From Lingula anatina (Eukaryota; Animalia; Brachiopoda): a stretch of 64,000 nt of DNA. Positions 27,144 to 41,000 of the stretch are shown one piece after another. A program made the position numbers and the translations under genes. How positions within the stretch are numbered: the first letter of the stretch is position 1; the number at the start of each line of letters is the position of its first letter. The notes beneath the pieces were generated by a model. It saw only the letters and a list, made by a program, of their open reading frames with translations, had not been told where the DNA came from and did no database searches. The stretch covers positions 4,092,001 through 4,156,000 of the forward strand of contig CM120642.1 in assembly GCA_051362555.1 (NCBI GenBank), in the 5' to 3' direction.

Positions 27144-27888
27144 ATGAATACTCTACAATGTTATGCTACTCCCTTAGAGTAGATTGACCTGAAAAAAAAA
27201 ATACTAAAAAGATATACATGTATCAAAGTTCCCTGTACAGTGCATGTATATAGTTGAGCACTTGGGTAACCCCTTATTAGGCAAAATAAAGAATACAAGA
27301 CTGTCACAATTGCAGAAAAGCGAAGATTTTTTGTCAAATATAGCAGAATTAACACTCGCAAACAATGGGAATCCACATTTGAAATGCGTAAAGAGTGGAA
27401 AATGTTTAGCGAAATTTGATAATACGGCGGATTATAAACCCAAAATGTCAGCACGGCCTCGAATATTGGGGTACGGAGTTGCTAGAACTATTAACTGTCA
27501 GATGGCATCGGCATTACCTTAAAGATGACAGTAGAATGAAGAGTCTGATTCATCGTATGCTGACCATATCCGTTGATAACTAAACTCAGCACGTTGCATA
27601 ACATTGTTTTATACATCGTATAGGCATTGTCTGATAAAATGCATTAAAAAGGGGGAGACTGCATCGGGATTAAGGTAAGAGCTGATTGAGCCCTGTCAAA
27701 AGTGGCAGTCACGTCAAGGTTTGCCGTATGTGCTTGCCCCTTAAACACACATCGGAAATATGTGGAACCAAAGTATTGTTTCGGAATAAAACTTTGAAAG
27801 AGCTGACCCAACAAACATATACCCATACACATATCAATACAATTTTTATAGTGTATGCAGTCAATAATTGATAGGCCTATAGATTTCA

Positions 27889-28666
27889 CCCGCACGAAGC
27901 AGTATCGAAGTAGCAAAGAAGCATTAACGCAGTAGTGGTGTGGAGCATATTTGCAGTAGAAATGCAGTATACATGTAGCCTACTGCAATTCTACTCCAAA
28001 AGGTACATAGATAAGTTGGGCGTAGTCAAACGAGATTTTATGGCGACAACAATCTCCAGAGTTTATCTACGCACATGCGCATTCTGCACATGCTCAATTC
28101 TACTTAGAGGGGTGGTCCCAATTGAGGCACATGTTGCTACTTATACCATGGGTCGTCACTGCCTGACCCACTAGCGGGGTCTCTTTGCAACCCCACAAAC
28201 GAAATTTGTGCAAAATTGCTTGAAAATAATAACTTTTGCTGACTCGTCACTTCATTATTTTTAGGATGATGAGTCTTATTTAATATTTCATATTTAATTT
28301 TTATCCCTAAGGCCATAACATTTAATGCAGGCAACAATTTGCTACATTGTTATTATTGTTAAAATTATTAGGATAGTGAGTTTATATAATAAAAGCGGTC
28401 TTGTTGGGCCAAATCACGAACAACCGATAGTCTTTGTTGCCTTCTCTTTTGTTATGAATGGGACTATGCAAGTTTGTGGTACACTGGGATGGAGGAGACA
28501 TAAAGGTTTGTACAGAGAGGAGCAATAATGCAGTAGATTAGCAGCATGATAGGAGCATGTTTCAAATATGCTAATTAGCTTCCAAATCGAAGCAGGTTTG
28601 AAGCATGTTTGCTGTATGATTGCAGTAGTCTACTGCGCTGGAGTATCTGCTGCGTTTTCGTGCGGG
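27889..28666. mobile_element. Non-autonomous TIR element
   Basis: Termini CCCGCACGAA...TTCGTGCGGG with gcagta subterminal repeats; it interrupts the duplicated segment. Confidence 0.55.
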
Positions 28667-31600
28667 AAGGCTTGATTCATGATAATACAGTTTTAAATGA
28701 CAACGCTTCTTTTTTGTCGGGTGAAATCAATGGGAAAATGAAAGGTGGCACTTGCACGATCTTTATTTTTTTGGTTTAATGAAAAGTTTGGTTTAACAAC
28801 CCAGTTTACTTACTCGTGGTACCACATGCATCTATTATTTACATAAGTTTTGTTGTAGAGAGGGAGCACGACCTTACATTTTTGTCTCGCTTCGCTCGGC
28901 AAGTAAACCATGATAAACGAGGATAATATTTGTTAAAAACAAGGTTAAAAAACTTTAATCAGATCGAGTTCGTAACATGTTGCTTTATTTTTGATATCCT
29001 AGCTTGGATGCGTATCTCAGGAGAACAGAAAATAAAATATTGAAGAGGGTTGGTGCTAATACCGGTGTACACGTCTTAAAAGATAACTGAACCTTAAGCA
29101 GACTATGGCCAGATGGGTGGGGCAATGCATATTCAGATCACGTGGTTATCCATACAAACGGTTAATACTAACATAATTACAAGTGTTTGGAAAGGGCAAA
29201 TCACTAGTTTGTAAACCTATAGTAAAGATACATACTTGACTTGAACACTTTTCAATAAAATACCGATTGAAGAACCTAAGGAATCTAGCTGTTGTTTACC
29301 TACAAGAATAATGCTGCAATTCTTTTGTCGCCCAAATGTAGTAAATAAACGCACTTGAATTATCCATAATATCTGGAAAGGTTTAGCTGTGCAAATAAGT
29401 TTTGTGCTTGAATCATCCAAAATCTAACCGTTTTGATGAAGGTTGTTATTTAAGCATAACTCTTTCCATTACATATAATATTTTATTACTTACCGTATTA
29501 AAGAGAGGATTTTTTAAGCTTCTCTTATTCACCTCCTGTCAGATTTCTATATTCTGCTAGACTAAGTCAACTAGCCAAGGACTAGCCCAAATAGATGCTT
29601 ATCACACCAATTGGATATCCATATATGGAAAACTTTTTTGGTTCTTCGTGGAAAACACACTATTATTAAATCAAGCAAGTGTCATTGAGCATTAATATCT
29701 ATCTGTGCTTGAAAAGAAGATAAGTGAGTCCCGTGATCCCTTTGACAGTGCATATGTCAGCATGCTGATATGGCGACATGCCGATTACACATGATAAAAA
29801 CTGTATGTATATATACCCTGTGTCATCAAATGAAGAGTTTTTCAGTATACATGTATATCACGGGTATATTAACCAACGCTTAATCTATGAAATTATTCTT
29901 AACTTCATGACAAGAGTCAAACACGTCACTTAAGTTAATGAAAAAAGTCTCCTCTTGGAAAAACCTGACTTTTATCAAGACAAGCAATTATCAGTGCATA
30001 TTTATCTGTATCGCTACAAATCTATAAAAAAATCTGAGAAACTGTACATTTTGCTCTTTTGCGTATTTTAAACATTTTAGTTTTTTGGAAAAAAAACAAG
30101 CTTTTCTTAGAAAAAACAGGCTTTTTTCAAGACAAACAATCATCAATGCATATTTATATGTTTCAGTGTACATTTATCAGTATCAGTATAATGACCTGAA
30201 AAGAAGTTAAGTGAATCCCGTGATGTCTTTGTTCGTGCACATGACACCATGCCGATTATACGTGATAATAACTGCACATATGTATATCCTGTATCATCAA
30301 GTTTTTTCCAGTATATATGATGGGTATATTAACCAACGCTGAAAATGTTATTTACTTAGATAATATGAGATCGCCATCTTTTTTCAGATGGTCGGGATCA
30401 GGTGCAAAAATTACCAACTACATGTATAAGCGGCTGTAGTAAATTCCTCAGAGAATTTCATCCCACACCGCGACTTGAAAAACGGTTATGGGTCATTGCT
30501 AAGCCATCTGTATCATCGGTTTTGTGACAAGTACAAATGTATCACAATAAAAATAAACTATAACTTCCAAAATATTCCATAGTTATACTCCCCCCCCACC
30601 CCCCCCCCCCCCCCCCCACCCCCGCACCCGGAGACTCTAGTGCTGCTGTGTCTTAAAATAAAACATACATGTGGGTGAATTATTTTGTTTCCAGTATTTC
30701 CTGCTAGACCATTATAGTGGGCAACTTAAAGCTATGGGAATTGATAAACATATCGTCAGGGATATGTACGTGGCTAGGGTTGGGGCCATCATTGTGGTTG
30801 GTGATTTTTCTTTTTCACTTGATTTTATAATTTCCATTGTCGTTAACTAACCTTATGTGCAACAGTAATTAATATGCTTGTTTTATATTATTAAACAAAG
30901 ACACTGCACTTGGTAACTATAGGAATACTGAGTGCATGGGGGATGATTTTTCTATTGGATGCTATGACCTACATTAAAAGAAGAGGTCTGTTACTTAGTA
31001 CTGTAAACTGCCCTTCTCTGCATTACTCATATTTTCAAAGTTTCAAATTTTCATTCATAGTGACAGGTAAATCAGTTGCCAACATTTCATTTTTCTAACT
31101 ATAGGGGTAGGTAGCAGAAGTAACGCTGTTAAAAAAGAATACATTGCCTTAAGGGAGGGACACGTTCTACATGTAAATCACTTTAAGATTCTGAAGGACC
31201 CATGCTTATTCATAATGACAGGTTTATTAATCCCGACGCCTCGGCTAGGGAGCAGAAATTGCGCTGTAAGATATAAAGAATTAATCAAGAACTACACTAT
31301 GGCTAAAATTCCAAACTGCCTGTCCACAAACCTAATGGCAGCTTTATCTATCCCCCAGGTTGCATGTTTTCCTATCTCTGGTGGTCTGAGAGTACATAGC
31401 AGAAATAACGTTGCAAAAAAAAAAGGTCTATGGGAAGGTAAACGAAATTACCACTTTTAAAAAGTAAAGAAATCACTAAACACTTTGAGAGAAATGAACG
31501 ACTGGGTTGTTATCGGTGTTTGCGAACTTACGTTACAAATGCGTTCAGACCACCCCCTGTGCTTGTAAATTGGTGTCTTTTATCTTTTATTGTTACGCAT

Positions 31601-32459
31601 TGTAGTTACAACACTGTTATACTTTTCCTTTTTTTTCTTAATTACTTTCCATGACTGTTTGGTTCCAGTTTCGCCTTTTTTTCAGTTCTATATTTTCTTC
31701 AATAGTAAATTATTATCTACAGGTCCAAGTATGACGCACATAACGAAAGATACCTTTGTCAACAATGCACACGAGTAATGTATTTATCAGGCACATGAGT
31801 ACTTATACGTAACTTGATTATTAATTAATATAAGGCCACGAGAGACGTTAGAAGGCGACGCGACACCACCCTCTTCAAGGCCGCAACCGTCTGTAAAGAA
31901 AACACGAAAAACTTATGGTAGGCGTTTTTATATCCATTAAGAGGACTATTTCACGCTCATGTATATGCAATTTTTAGTGACTTCTATCGTTTTCATATTC
32001 CTACTACGAAGTGTGAACTAGGCACTTCATACAGTGTAGTTCCTACCCGTGCTTCGTCGTTTACGGAATCACCGAACTAGATATCGATTTCAAGAGCCCA
32101 TACAAGTATTAGACAACAGTACTTCAACTGTGATTACGTGTTTGTTTTGATATTTACCTTTTGAAATTTCGATATTCAGCAAAATTCACGCTTAAGGTAC
32201 GTAAGTCACGCTCAACATAAGTCATGTTTTTTTCCCTTTCTACTGTATGTACGCTATTGACAACCGAGTTCAGTGTTGACAAGTTTTATGTTTAGCATGG
32301 CTTTGCAATCTACACCGTTTACATGAACCAAAACTGCTATCGGCAATGTTAAATGTGGTCACCTAATAAGTAGCTATCTACTGTAATATCGGAAATGTGC
32401 CAGCAATTGTCCTACTGCTCTAATCAATAGACAGGGGGCGTCACACCGGAATTGTACAC

Positions 32460-32492
<33 letters not shown>

Positions 32493-34474
32493 TGGGATGA
32501 TGACTAACATCTGCAGTAATACCCAGGGCAACAACCCTGGGGTGTAGGAGTTTTACAAAAAAAAAAAAAAAAAAAAAAAAAAAAACGCATCAAAAATACA
32601 TCATGTTACAAAAAAATGTTATCAGTAAATTAAAAGCTTTAAAACAGTATGGACCAATGTCTTGAGAACCTAAAAAGACTTTTCGTGATAAAATATCTAT
32701 TAATATGCTCTGTTTGAACTTTTGACAAGTTACTTCATATTTCTTTCCTGAAGCAAATAGCAATTCCTTCACATTTTTAAAGTTTTGTATAAAATTCTGA
32801 AACAAAGTGTCTCTGCTGAGGTTATATTAGCGGCAGGGTTATCATCCTTATCTAACCCCGGGAAAACTATTCTGTGAGCTATTTGTAGGATTATCGCTTC
32901 TTACGTTAAAACTAGGACACTGGGGGTCAGATGAGTTTTGTACAGACTTCGGTTGAAGGGCGTACTCTTTCTGGTTAGTTCTGTTTGTTGAAGATTCATG
33001 CCAATTCACCGTATAGATCTTAAAGGGAAAATAAGTATTATTACTGATGTCATATATACTGATGCCATATACCGGGGTATAATCCAATTATATATGACAT
33101 CTGTAAAGTAGCTCTTCAGAGATGTATCAGAAATAATACTTATTTTTTTAGTTCTTTTTGTTGAAATGAGTAACATCGGGGGCAAATGTAAACACCTGTC
33201 ACACGTTTTTAATGCCCACTCTCTTGATTACTAGAATAAAATATTTACAAAAATATGTACCCCTAGCCAAAAAAAGTGTCATCGCTGTCGCCATGCGTAA
33301 ACTGAAACGTACAATCATATCATGGATCAATGATCTTTATTCAACTTCTAAAATAATTTTTATCACAAAAATGTACTGATTGTGCAATTAGTGAATAAGC
33401 TAACCGTAGTAAAAAATCAAAGTCACATTTTGGTATTTTGTACAGTATCTTCTGGATTGGAGGACGCACGTTACTGTTACGTTTTGCGCAGTGATGGCTC
33501 TCCACATACGGGAAGGGCAAAGATAGAACGAGATCATATTTGTTATCGGGGTCATGCCTCAGTTATCTATTTCGGAAGATATCCCATACTTTTTAATGAG
33601 GTGCTGATCTAGGGATTGAGTTGGTCATTGGGTGCTTGGATCTGGTTCGCGTATATGTAAATCCAGGCTACAATTGCTTTGGCTGTACGTAGAGTAGCAT
33701 TATCACGCCGAAACAAAAAAGTGGTCATGACCTCAAAGATGCATAATTCTGATGTTATTTCCATGTCCTATTACGTATTACGTATTGATTAAATGATACA
33801 TGATTTTTCCTCTGGACGTACATGTGCCTACTAGGGATACTGTTTACATGTAGCCTAAAGATTGACGTAACTGCAAATGGTTACTTAACAATACAATAGC
33901 GTTTTTGTGAGCACTTTCTTCAACAGTCACAGTAAGAAAAATTGCAGTGCAGCTAGCTCTTTGTTTAATTTTTAATCTGTTACATGTATGTAATGCTCTA
34001 TAAGATAAAGAGAATATACGTGTACAAACTACCCCATAGGTACCTCGGTGTTCTGATTCGTTGGTGAACTCTACAAACACAGCGAGGACATTTGTGGATG
34101 CTATAGACCCAGGCCAGTCCATAGGTTGCCTCACCGAAAATACTGCACCATCATTCACCTTGTGGAAGACAGGACTGGGTAACAGGGTGATAAGGTGTGT
34201 AGTTATTTCACCAAAGGTAGAGCTCATATATTTAGACAAACGCTGTTTTAATGGAAAGGGAATGTACAGCAGCTGAGGTTCGTTACCCTAGGTTCTAGAT
34301 TTCGATTATGCCAGCTCGATCTCGTTTTCATATAAAACCCACACCAGCAATACAGTGCTATACATGTACAGTGACCTTACACTCAGGGTACTGTTCGTTT
34401 GCACTATTTGTATTGTACCAGGTGACGTACAAACATGTTGTAAATTTATATAATAGTAAAAATAGTACATTATG

Positions 34475-34641
34475 CAGGCCCGTAGCCAATTTCAAAAGGG
34501 GGGTTCTTTTTCTGAAAAGTGGACCTTTTCCCATAAAAACGTCATGTACCTAGTTCAAATTTTACCCAGAGTGGACCTTTTCCCAGCAAAAAGGCCGGTT
34601 CTTTCGAACCTTCCCCCCGAACCCCCCTGGCTACGGGCCTG
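34475..34641. mobile_element. Short hAT-like MITE
   Basis: TIR CAGGCCCGTAGCCA...TGGCTACGGGCCTG; no clean target duplication seen. Confidence 0.65.
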
Positions 34642-35248
34642 TTATATGGCACTGTAAATATTGACGATTTTTAGTATTGTGCATTCCATATGTGTGCGTT
34701 CCATATGTTCGGACCCTTTCTTATTCTATTTGATAAACCCAACCTAAAATTGGAGTTATTTTACTTCCAGGAATTTTTTTTATCTAACTGTAAATTTCAG
34801 ACGTTTCCCTGATTTAAATTTTTACGCTAGCTCCTTTGTTTTTTAGTAGCAATAAAACAGTTGTTAAATCCACAACTTCTACGCAATGATATTTCGGGAG
34901 ACAACAGTAGTTTAGAATGTGCATCATGGCCCTTTTCGTAATTTTTATTTCTATCTTTTTTATTTAGCATGTCTTCAATATAAATCGAACCCACACCGTT
35001 CATTGGTGTAGACAGTGACGGGAAACTTTTCGTTCACGACGAAACAGCCGAGGCTCTACAACAGCACAGTAAACCTGTTGTGGTTATCGCTATTGTGGGC
35101 AATGATCGTCGAGGGAAGTCGTACTTAATGAACCGAATGTTGGGCAGACAGTCGGGATTCCCACTCGGTTCCACCACCAATGCCACAACGAAGGGTACTT
35201 ATATATTTTGAAGATATTTTAGTAAATTTGTATATCGACTGGCTGTTG

Positions 35249-35294
<46 letters not shown>

Positions 35295-35535
35295 TATTTG
35301 TCTAAAAAATCGAAAGTCGGCCACACACTTATTTAGGTATTTGGGCCTGGTTGACTGACCATCCCACCAGATCAAACGAACACCTGCTGTTACTGGACAC
35401 TGAGGGTCTGTCCCATGCCACAGACGGCGACGAGAACCGGGACATTCAGATCTTTGTTCTGTCTGTTATCCTCAGCAGTACCCTGATCTACAACTGCCAG
35501 GGTGTCATAGATGAGAGCTGTTTAGAACTTCTAGA

Positions 35536-35783
35536 GTATCCTTTTTTAATGATAATTCTTTTTTCATCTGACTTCTCTATTTATTATAATTTATGGGGGG
35601 TTAAAAAGTAAAAAAAAAAAAATGATAATCTAACCTACAATGTAAAGGGCACTGGGGTAGTAAAATTGCTTTGTTGTCTCTTGTTAACTGCGATAACAGC
35701 AAGATTTATATAGAAATAATAAATTATGAAATTATGAAATTATGAATTAGTTTGAAAGTTTTGAAAGCTAACAGTTCATACAG
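35536..35783 (+). other. U12-type (minor) intron in GBP-B pseudogene
   Basis: 5' site GTATCCTTT, phase 2, same codon position as in GBP-C. The branch site is degenerate (aaagctaac) about 12 nt from CAG. Confidence 0.8.
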
Positions 35784-36867
35784 CTTAGTATCTAGGCTCT
35801 CTGAGCATTTGGTCCTCTGAGTTGACGATGAAGGAAATGTTAGAAATATGGATCGGATTTTCCCTGCGCTGTATTTCGTAGTTAGAGACTTCATGCTGGA
35901 ATTGGAGATCGACGGACAGCCGTGTACCCCAACAACCTACTTGGAGCATTGCCTCAAAGAGAATGGAGGGCTCGCAGAGAAAACGCAGTTGCGGAACAAT
36001 TTCCGTGACAAACTGAAATCCTACTCTCCGAACAGGTACTGCTTTCGTTGACTCTTCATCGTGTCTAATGTAAAACCCCTAGCCTGTTTCACCGGTCTTG
36101 CGACCACCTGTAGAACGAATTTTGCCGAATCTCCCTTTTTCATTGTTTCTTACGCATTAAGGCTCGTAAAAAAGTTTATTGTTTCGAAAGAAACTGCATA
36201 CACGATGACATTCTAACTTCAGGGCCTAGAATTGCTATGTCTCACAAGTGAAACAGGCTTAGCCTATTTTTGAAGTTTTAACTCTCTTAAGTTTTAATTC
36301 GCTCTTATTCAAAACAGGCCCGGTTTTGTTCTCCCCCGGTCAGTGACTGAGGACGAGGCCCTGAGGCAGGTGGACCAGGTCCCGGAGGATTAACTTAAAC
36401 CCGCCTTTGTGGACGGTGTCACACAGCTTATGTCCACCATCCACGCGCAAAGTGAGCCAAAGAAGGTCCGTGGGGAGCGGATGAACAGTAGACGTAAGTG
36501 TCCAAGTAATACGTATAATAAGCGGGCCAATGGAATCTGATTTTAAAAAGCTAGTACAAACTTGTCTTCATTTTTGCTGTACCTGTAACTGTTTAATCAT
36601 GATCATCTCTAATTGATAATCTCTCTCTCACCCCCTCTCTTTTTTATTTGATGATTAACCTATATCGAAAACTAGGTTATGATAGAATTTGTGTTGAAAA
36701 AGATGGATTTTTACTTATCATCATTATCACCATCATCATTATCATCAACATGAAGTACCATGCCACAAGCCTTTATTTTTCTTTGTCTTTATCAATTTTT
36801 AGGGGATTGCTGACCGTATCTGTTTCGAATCAGTGTGTTATGCTATCTAGCACGTGTCTTCTCTCTT

Positions 36868-37093
36868 TGAGTGCTTTCCCAGAGATTTAGATCGATCTAA
36901 AGATTAAGTTTTAGATCGACCTAACTCCCTGGAGGTTCACGCTAAATTGCAGTCAGCCGAGCGGACACCATAGTTAATTACCCCCTTACAGCGTTCAGTA
37001 GGCGGGGCAGACACTTAAGCCGGCCAAGCTGACAGTAATCTAGTGAGACTCCCCACAGGGATAGATCGATCTAAAAATCTATGGAAATGGGGT
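36868..37093. mobile_element. Fourth copy of the Harbinger-like MITE, in a GBP-B intron
   Basis: Aligns by eye to 5707-5920 (tagatcgacctaactc, ggttcacgctaaat, gtgagactcccca). Confidence 0.75.
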
Positions 37094-37094
37094 G

Positions 37095-38000
37095 TTTGTC
37101 TTCCACTTCTTTCCCCCAAATATTTCATGTGGTTATGCTGGCTTCCAGACCGCCTTTTCTTGCGCAATGTCCAATAAAAGTACATTGTGTCTTTCTTATT
37201 GTACCTGTAGTTACACGTGGCCTGATGGTTGTGTGCTGTGTGTTTTAGTATTCCTCTGTAGCACCAAATTTCAAGTGCATTTGATTTATTTTTCATGTTG
37301 CTGCTTATGGTCTTTGCTTCGCACCCGTTTATTATTGTAGACCGTATAACTGTTTCTATCACTTTTAATATTGACTTTTGGTTTGGTAAGTGTTGATTGT
37401 ACTTTTTTAAATGATACCTTTGCTTGTCCAATTCTTGCCTGTATGTATATTTGTTTGGAAGGACTTTTGATTTGGAACGGTTCACTTATTTCAGCTGCGT
37501 GTCTTTAACTTTGATGTTATAAATTGTCGAGAGTGGGCTTTGCGCAACTGTCATATATTACTTCTGTCTCATCTGCATTCAATCAAATTCCCATTCGTTC
37601 GCTTTCCGTGTTAATGCTGGTCACTAATACTAATCTAGCTTACCATAAAGACTCTGTGGGAGATGGTCCAAAACCTTCCTTAGGTTTGGTGCTGTTTGTC
37701 TATATGATCATTGTGATTTGTACTCCCAGCTCATTTTCATCTCAAAAATGCCAACATGTTGACCTCTGATATTTGTAGGATGATTTCCAGTTTTCATATT
37801 TGTTCTTTTTTTTTTTTTTCGTTCCATGTTCCGATGGTACATGTACATGTCATTCTATTCTTTTGTTTGCAGTAAGTGCGCTCCACAGTAGCTTTATGAC
37901 GTTCGGGTTTCTCGTTGTCTTCTGCAATTGGTTCTAGGCATTTGGCTCAAATACAGCTTATTCGCCCTTTGACAGGTCTTATTCTTCGTCCTGCTGGGTG
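37095..38000 (-). mobile_element. Degraded RTE-clade LINE fragment in a GBP-B intron
   Basis: STIINGCEAKTI...NALEIWCYRGILK resembles the RTE motif YGCEAWT...AFEMWCYRRIL. Confidence 0.6.
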
Positions 38001-41000
38001 AGCATCCACCTTCCTCACATTGTCAAAGCAAAGTGAGGGAACCGGCTAAGTCGCCGATCACGAACAGGCAGCTCTGCTCGAAATTTCACCGAACATGTCC
38101 AATTTACCTAATTTACTTAACATTCCCATTGGTGAAGTAACTCTTAAAATTGAAGGAGATGCTTAAATACAATGCTATTTTATTTTAGATCTGGTTTTAG
38201 ATCGCCCGTAATTGCGTCCTGGCCTTTCGCCAAGATAAGATCCCATCTGTGGAGAATGCTGTGGTAGCTGTTCGCCAGGCGGAGTGCCTGAAGGCAGTAG
38301 AGATGGCGCTGCAGGTCTACAAAGTTGCAATGCAAGACACTGTTGAGGAGCTGCCGCTCGCAGAAAATGAGCTTGAAGGAAGGCACAGACACTATTTCGA
38401 TAACTATGCCGAGAAAGCATTTGCAGAGTACGCCATCTTTGATGATGATGGATAATTTTACAATCGCATGAAGGTGCGTTGCGCTCTCTCTCTCAATTTA
38501 TTATATTTTATGTTTAACCAATTAAGCTCTGTCAAAACTAATGTAAACCATACCTCGTATGTTATACATGTATGTGTTATAAACCTACAGTTTGCACAAA
38601 AGTATACGGCTTTATTATATATATTCTTATTTTTATTCATTTTCATTTTCTTTTCATGGACTCGTCGCAAGATGTGGCTTCTTAAATATTTTACTGGAAT
38701 AATTCCAGACAGACGTCGAAAAGGAGTTCACCATGATCAGTCAAAACAACGAATCAGATGCCTTTCGACTGTACAGAGAAATGTTGGATGTTCTCTTTAC
38801 CAGCATCGTACAGCCAAAGATCGACGAAAAAAAATACTCTCATTCCGACGGCCATTTTGACTTCATCCAAGACTTACAGAAGGTCTTTGTCCTCTACGAC
38901 CAGTATCCTAAGAAGGGCCCCGCCTACTGCACCCGCCAGGTGAGGGAAGACTTCGAGAACGAGAAGCAGACCCAGACCCAGCTGATTCACCAAACTGCAG
39001 GGGCGGTAGCCAAGAAAGAGCAGGAGATGGCGACTGAGCGCGTCCTTATTGAGATGGAGAAACAGCAGAACGCCGAGACAGAGCAGGCCTTGATGGAAAC
39101 GCTGAGAAAGATAGAAACTAACCGTGAGCAAAGTATGAGAAGACTGGAACAGGAGAGGAGCGAATTGAGGGAGCGGTATGAAGTAAGAATTCGGAGAGGG
39201 AACAGCGAGCAGCAACGTGAAATACAAATTAAAGAAGGAGAAGTGCTGAGAATTACCACAGAATTGAAAGACCGCGTGCGTTTGAACCAGGAACAATTAG
39301 ATGCCCACGGAAACCGCACAAATCAAAATGCTGACCAGATAAGGATTCTTCTACAGCAAAAGAGAAATCTCGAAGAAGGGCTTCGACACGTTCAGAACAG
39401 AGGGGGAGGAAGTGGTGGTAAGTGCTCCCTTAACAAACGCGCTGGCTTTTCTGGAAAATTCAGTGCGAAAAATAAAACAATGTAGAGTGCCAATATGTTT
39501 TCGAATAATTATATCCCACCGTCATATTTAACATTTTGTATTTATATAATATTTGTAACGACTACAACTATGCTTTTGCATATATCATCTGCCTCTTTGT
39601 AGGTTTTGCTGTGATGTGACGAGTTGCAGTTACTATTTCGTGGTTATTCACTGAACGCTGCTGTGAAAAATCTCATTTTTATCACCTGTGCAAAACATCA
39701 GAGATTCAAAATGAGCATATATAATCGACTGGAATATAGACTAAAGAAGAATGAGGAGAGAGGATGAGATGAGAGAAGTTCCAAAAAAATGAATGGAAAT
39801 GCATACGAATTTATCTTTACAGACGATAAAAGATCAATATACGATGAAGTACATTGTTACTATCAACAGGAACTTATTTATAGATTTTAAAATCTTTTTC
39901 TACTCTTTTTTCCTTTTTTTCGTGGCCGATTTACTATTTGCACAATGAATCTGTGACTAAATGTAGTATGAAGTGAACTGTTTTATTAAAATATATCCAT
40001 ATTTTTAGTTGTATGTTTGTTTATAAAGTTATAGAAAGTAGATGTATAAATGTGAATGAGAAAAAAGACATTACACACCCGCTACTTGGACTGGTCTGGT
40101 CTAGGACCCTTAACTACATGTATCATTAGCAAAGTATCATGGGCTTAGCTGCTGCAAATTGCTGCAATATTGCTGCAACTTGCAAATCTGCAACAAAGCT
40201 GCAATATGACTGCATACTACATGTAGAAGCAATAAAATCTGTCTTGCAATCTCCAGCAAACTTGTTACCGCAGACTTAAAGTTTGCAGCAATATTGCTTC
40301 AAACTTTTCATTTTACTAAGGGCAGGTGTATATAAGCAAAAAAAAACTCCCCATCCACATTGCTTCTATCTTCTCTGTTACACTGAGAGGATCTAACCAC
40401 GTCACTGTAGTTTGCAAATTTTATTATGCGTTTAGTTTGCTTGTATAGGATTAAGTATTTATTCCCAGTGGTTCCACATCCTTATTACTTTTATTATACA
40501 CATCTGACGATTAACAAGAGTGTATCCTTGAATATTTTAAGGAAATCCAATATGACAAGTCATAGGATACATTGCTTCTTACAATTACAAGACAGTACAA
40601 ACAAATTAGACCTAGACTTCTTAACAAGGATGTGGAGCCGGTGTACTATTCAGAGTTTTAACCACAGAGTATCTGTTCTAGATGTGATGGACCCGGATGA
40701 CACCATTTACTTTTCTTAAAGGGGTATTTAACAGTTTGATGATATATCTTTAGCTGAGATTGGCCCACCGCTCGTCCAGAGCCTGTCTCAGCTCATTCAG
40801 TGTAGTCAGCTGAACATTTGTCCTCCTTACAGCACAGTTTATAGCATCCCAACAGTGTTCTGTGTGATTCAAATAGAGAGAAGAAAATGCAGGTCAGTCT
40901 ACTTACTCAGTTTAGTGGTTATTGGAAATTTGTTGTATTTTGCAAGAAAGATGAGCTGGAGCAATACCATGATGACCAGAAGGAGCTACATCATACATGG

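Larger units (their letters stand above)
26410..29170 (+). mobile_element. Ancient Tc1 transposase relics, locally duplicated (26410-26825 and 27535-28695) around the GBP-A first exon
   Basis: The direct duplication is visible by eye. Degenerate WPS / LNHxGNxWN resembles SPDLNPIENxW, and MARWVGQCIFRSRGYP near 29105-29152 resembles the Tc1 C-terminus. Confidence 0.45.
34969..39619 (+). pseudogene. GBP: Guanylate-binding protein paralog B, pseudogene
   Basis: Exons 34969-35194, 35337-35535, 35784-36035, 36318-36493, ~38189-38473, 38709-39417, 39603-39619. Motifs GNDRRGKS, DTEG, VVRD. In-frame stops at 34981 (TAA), 35818 (TGA), 36391 (TAA) and 38453 (TAA), a frameshift near 38195-38200, and FAVM where a CaaX is expected. 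Confidence 0.88.

Noticed and set aside
39418-39485. GKCSLNKRAG... as the true GBP-B C-terminus or a broken CaaX
   Set aside because: It begins at a consensus GTAAGT donor equivalent to those in the other paralogs, so it is intronic.
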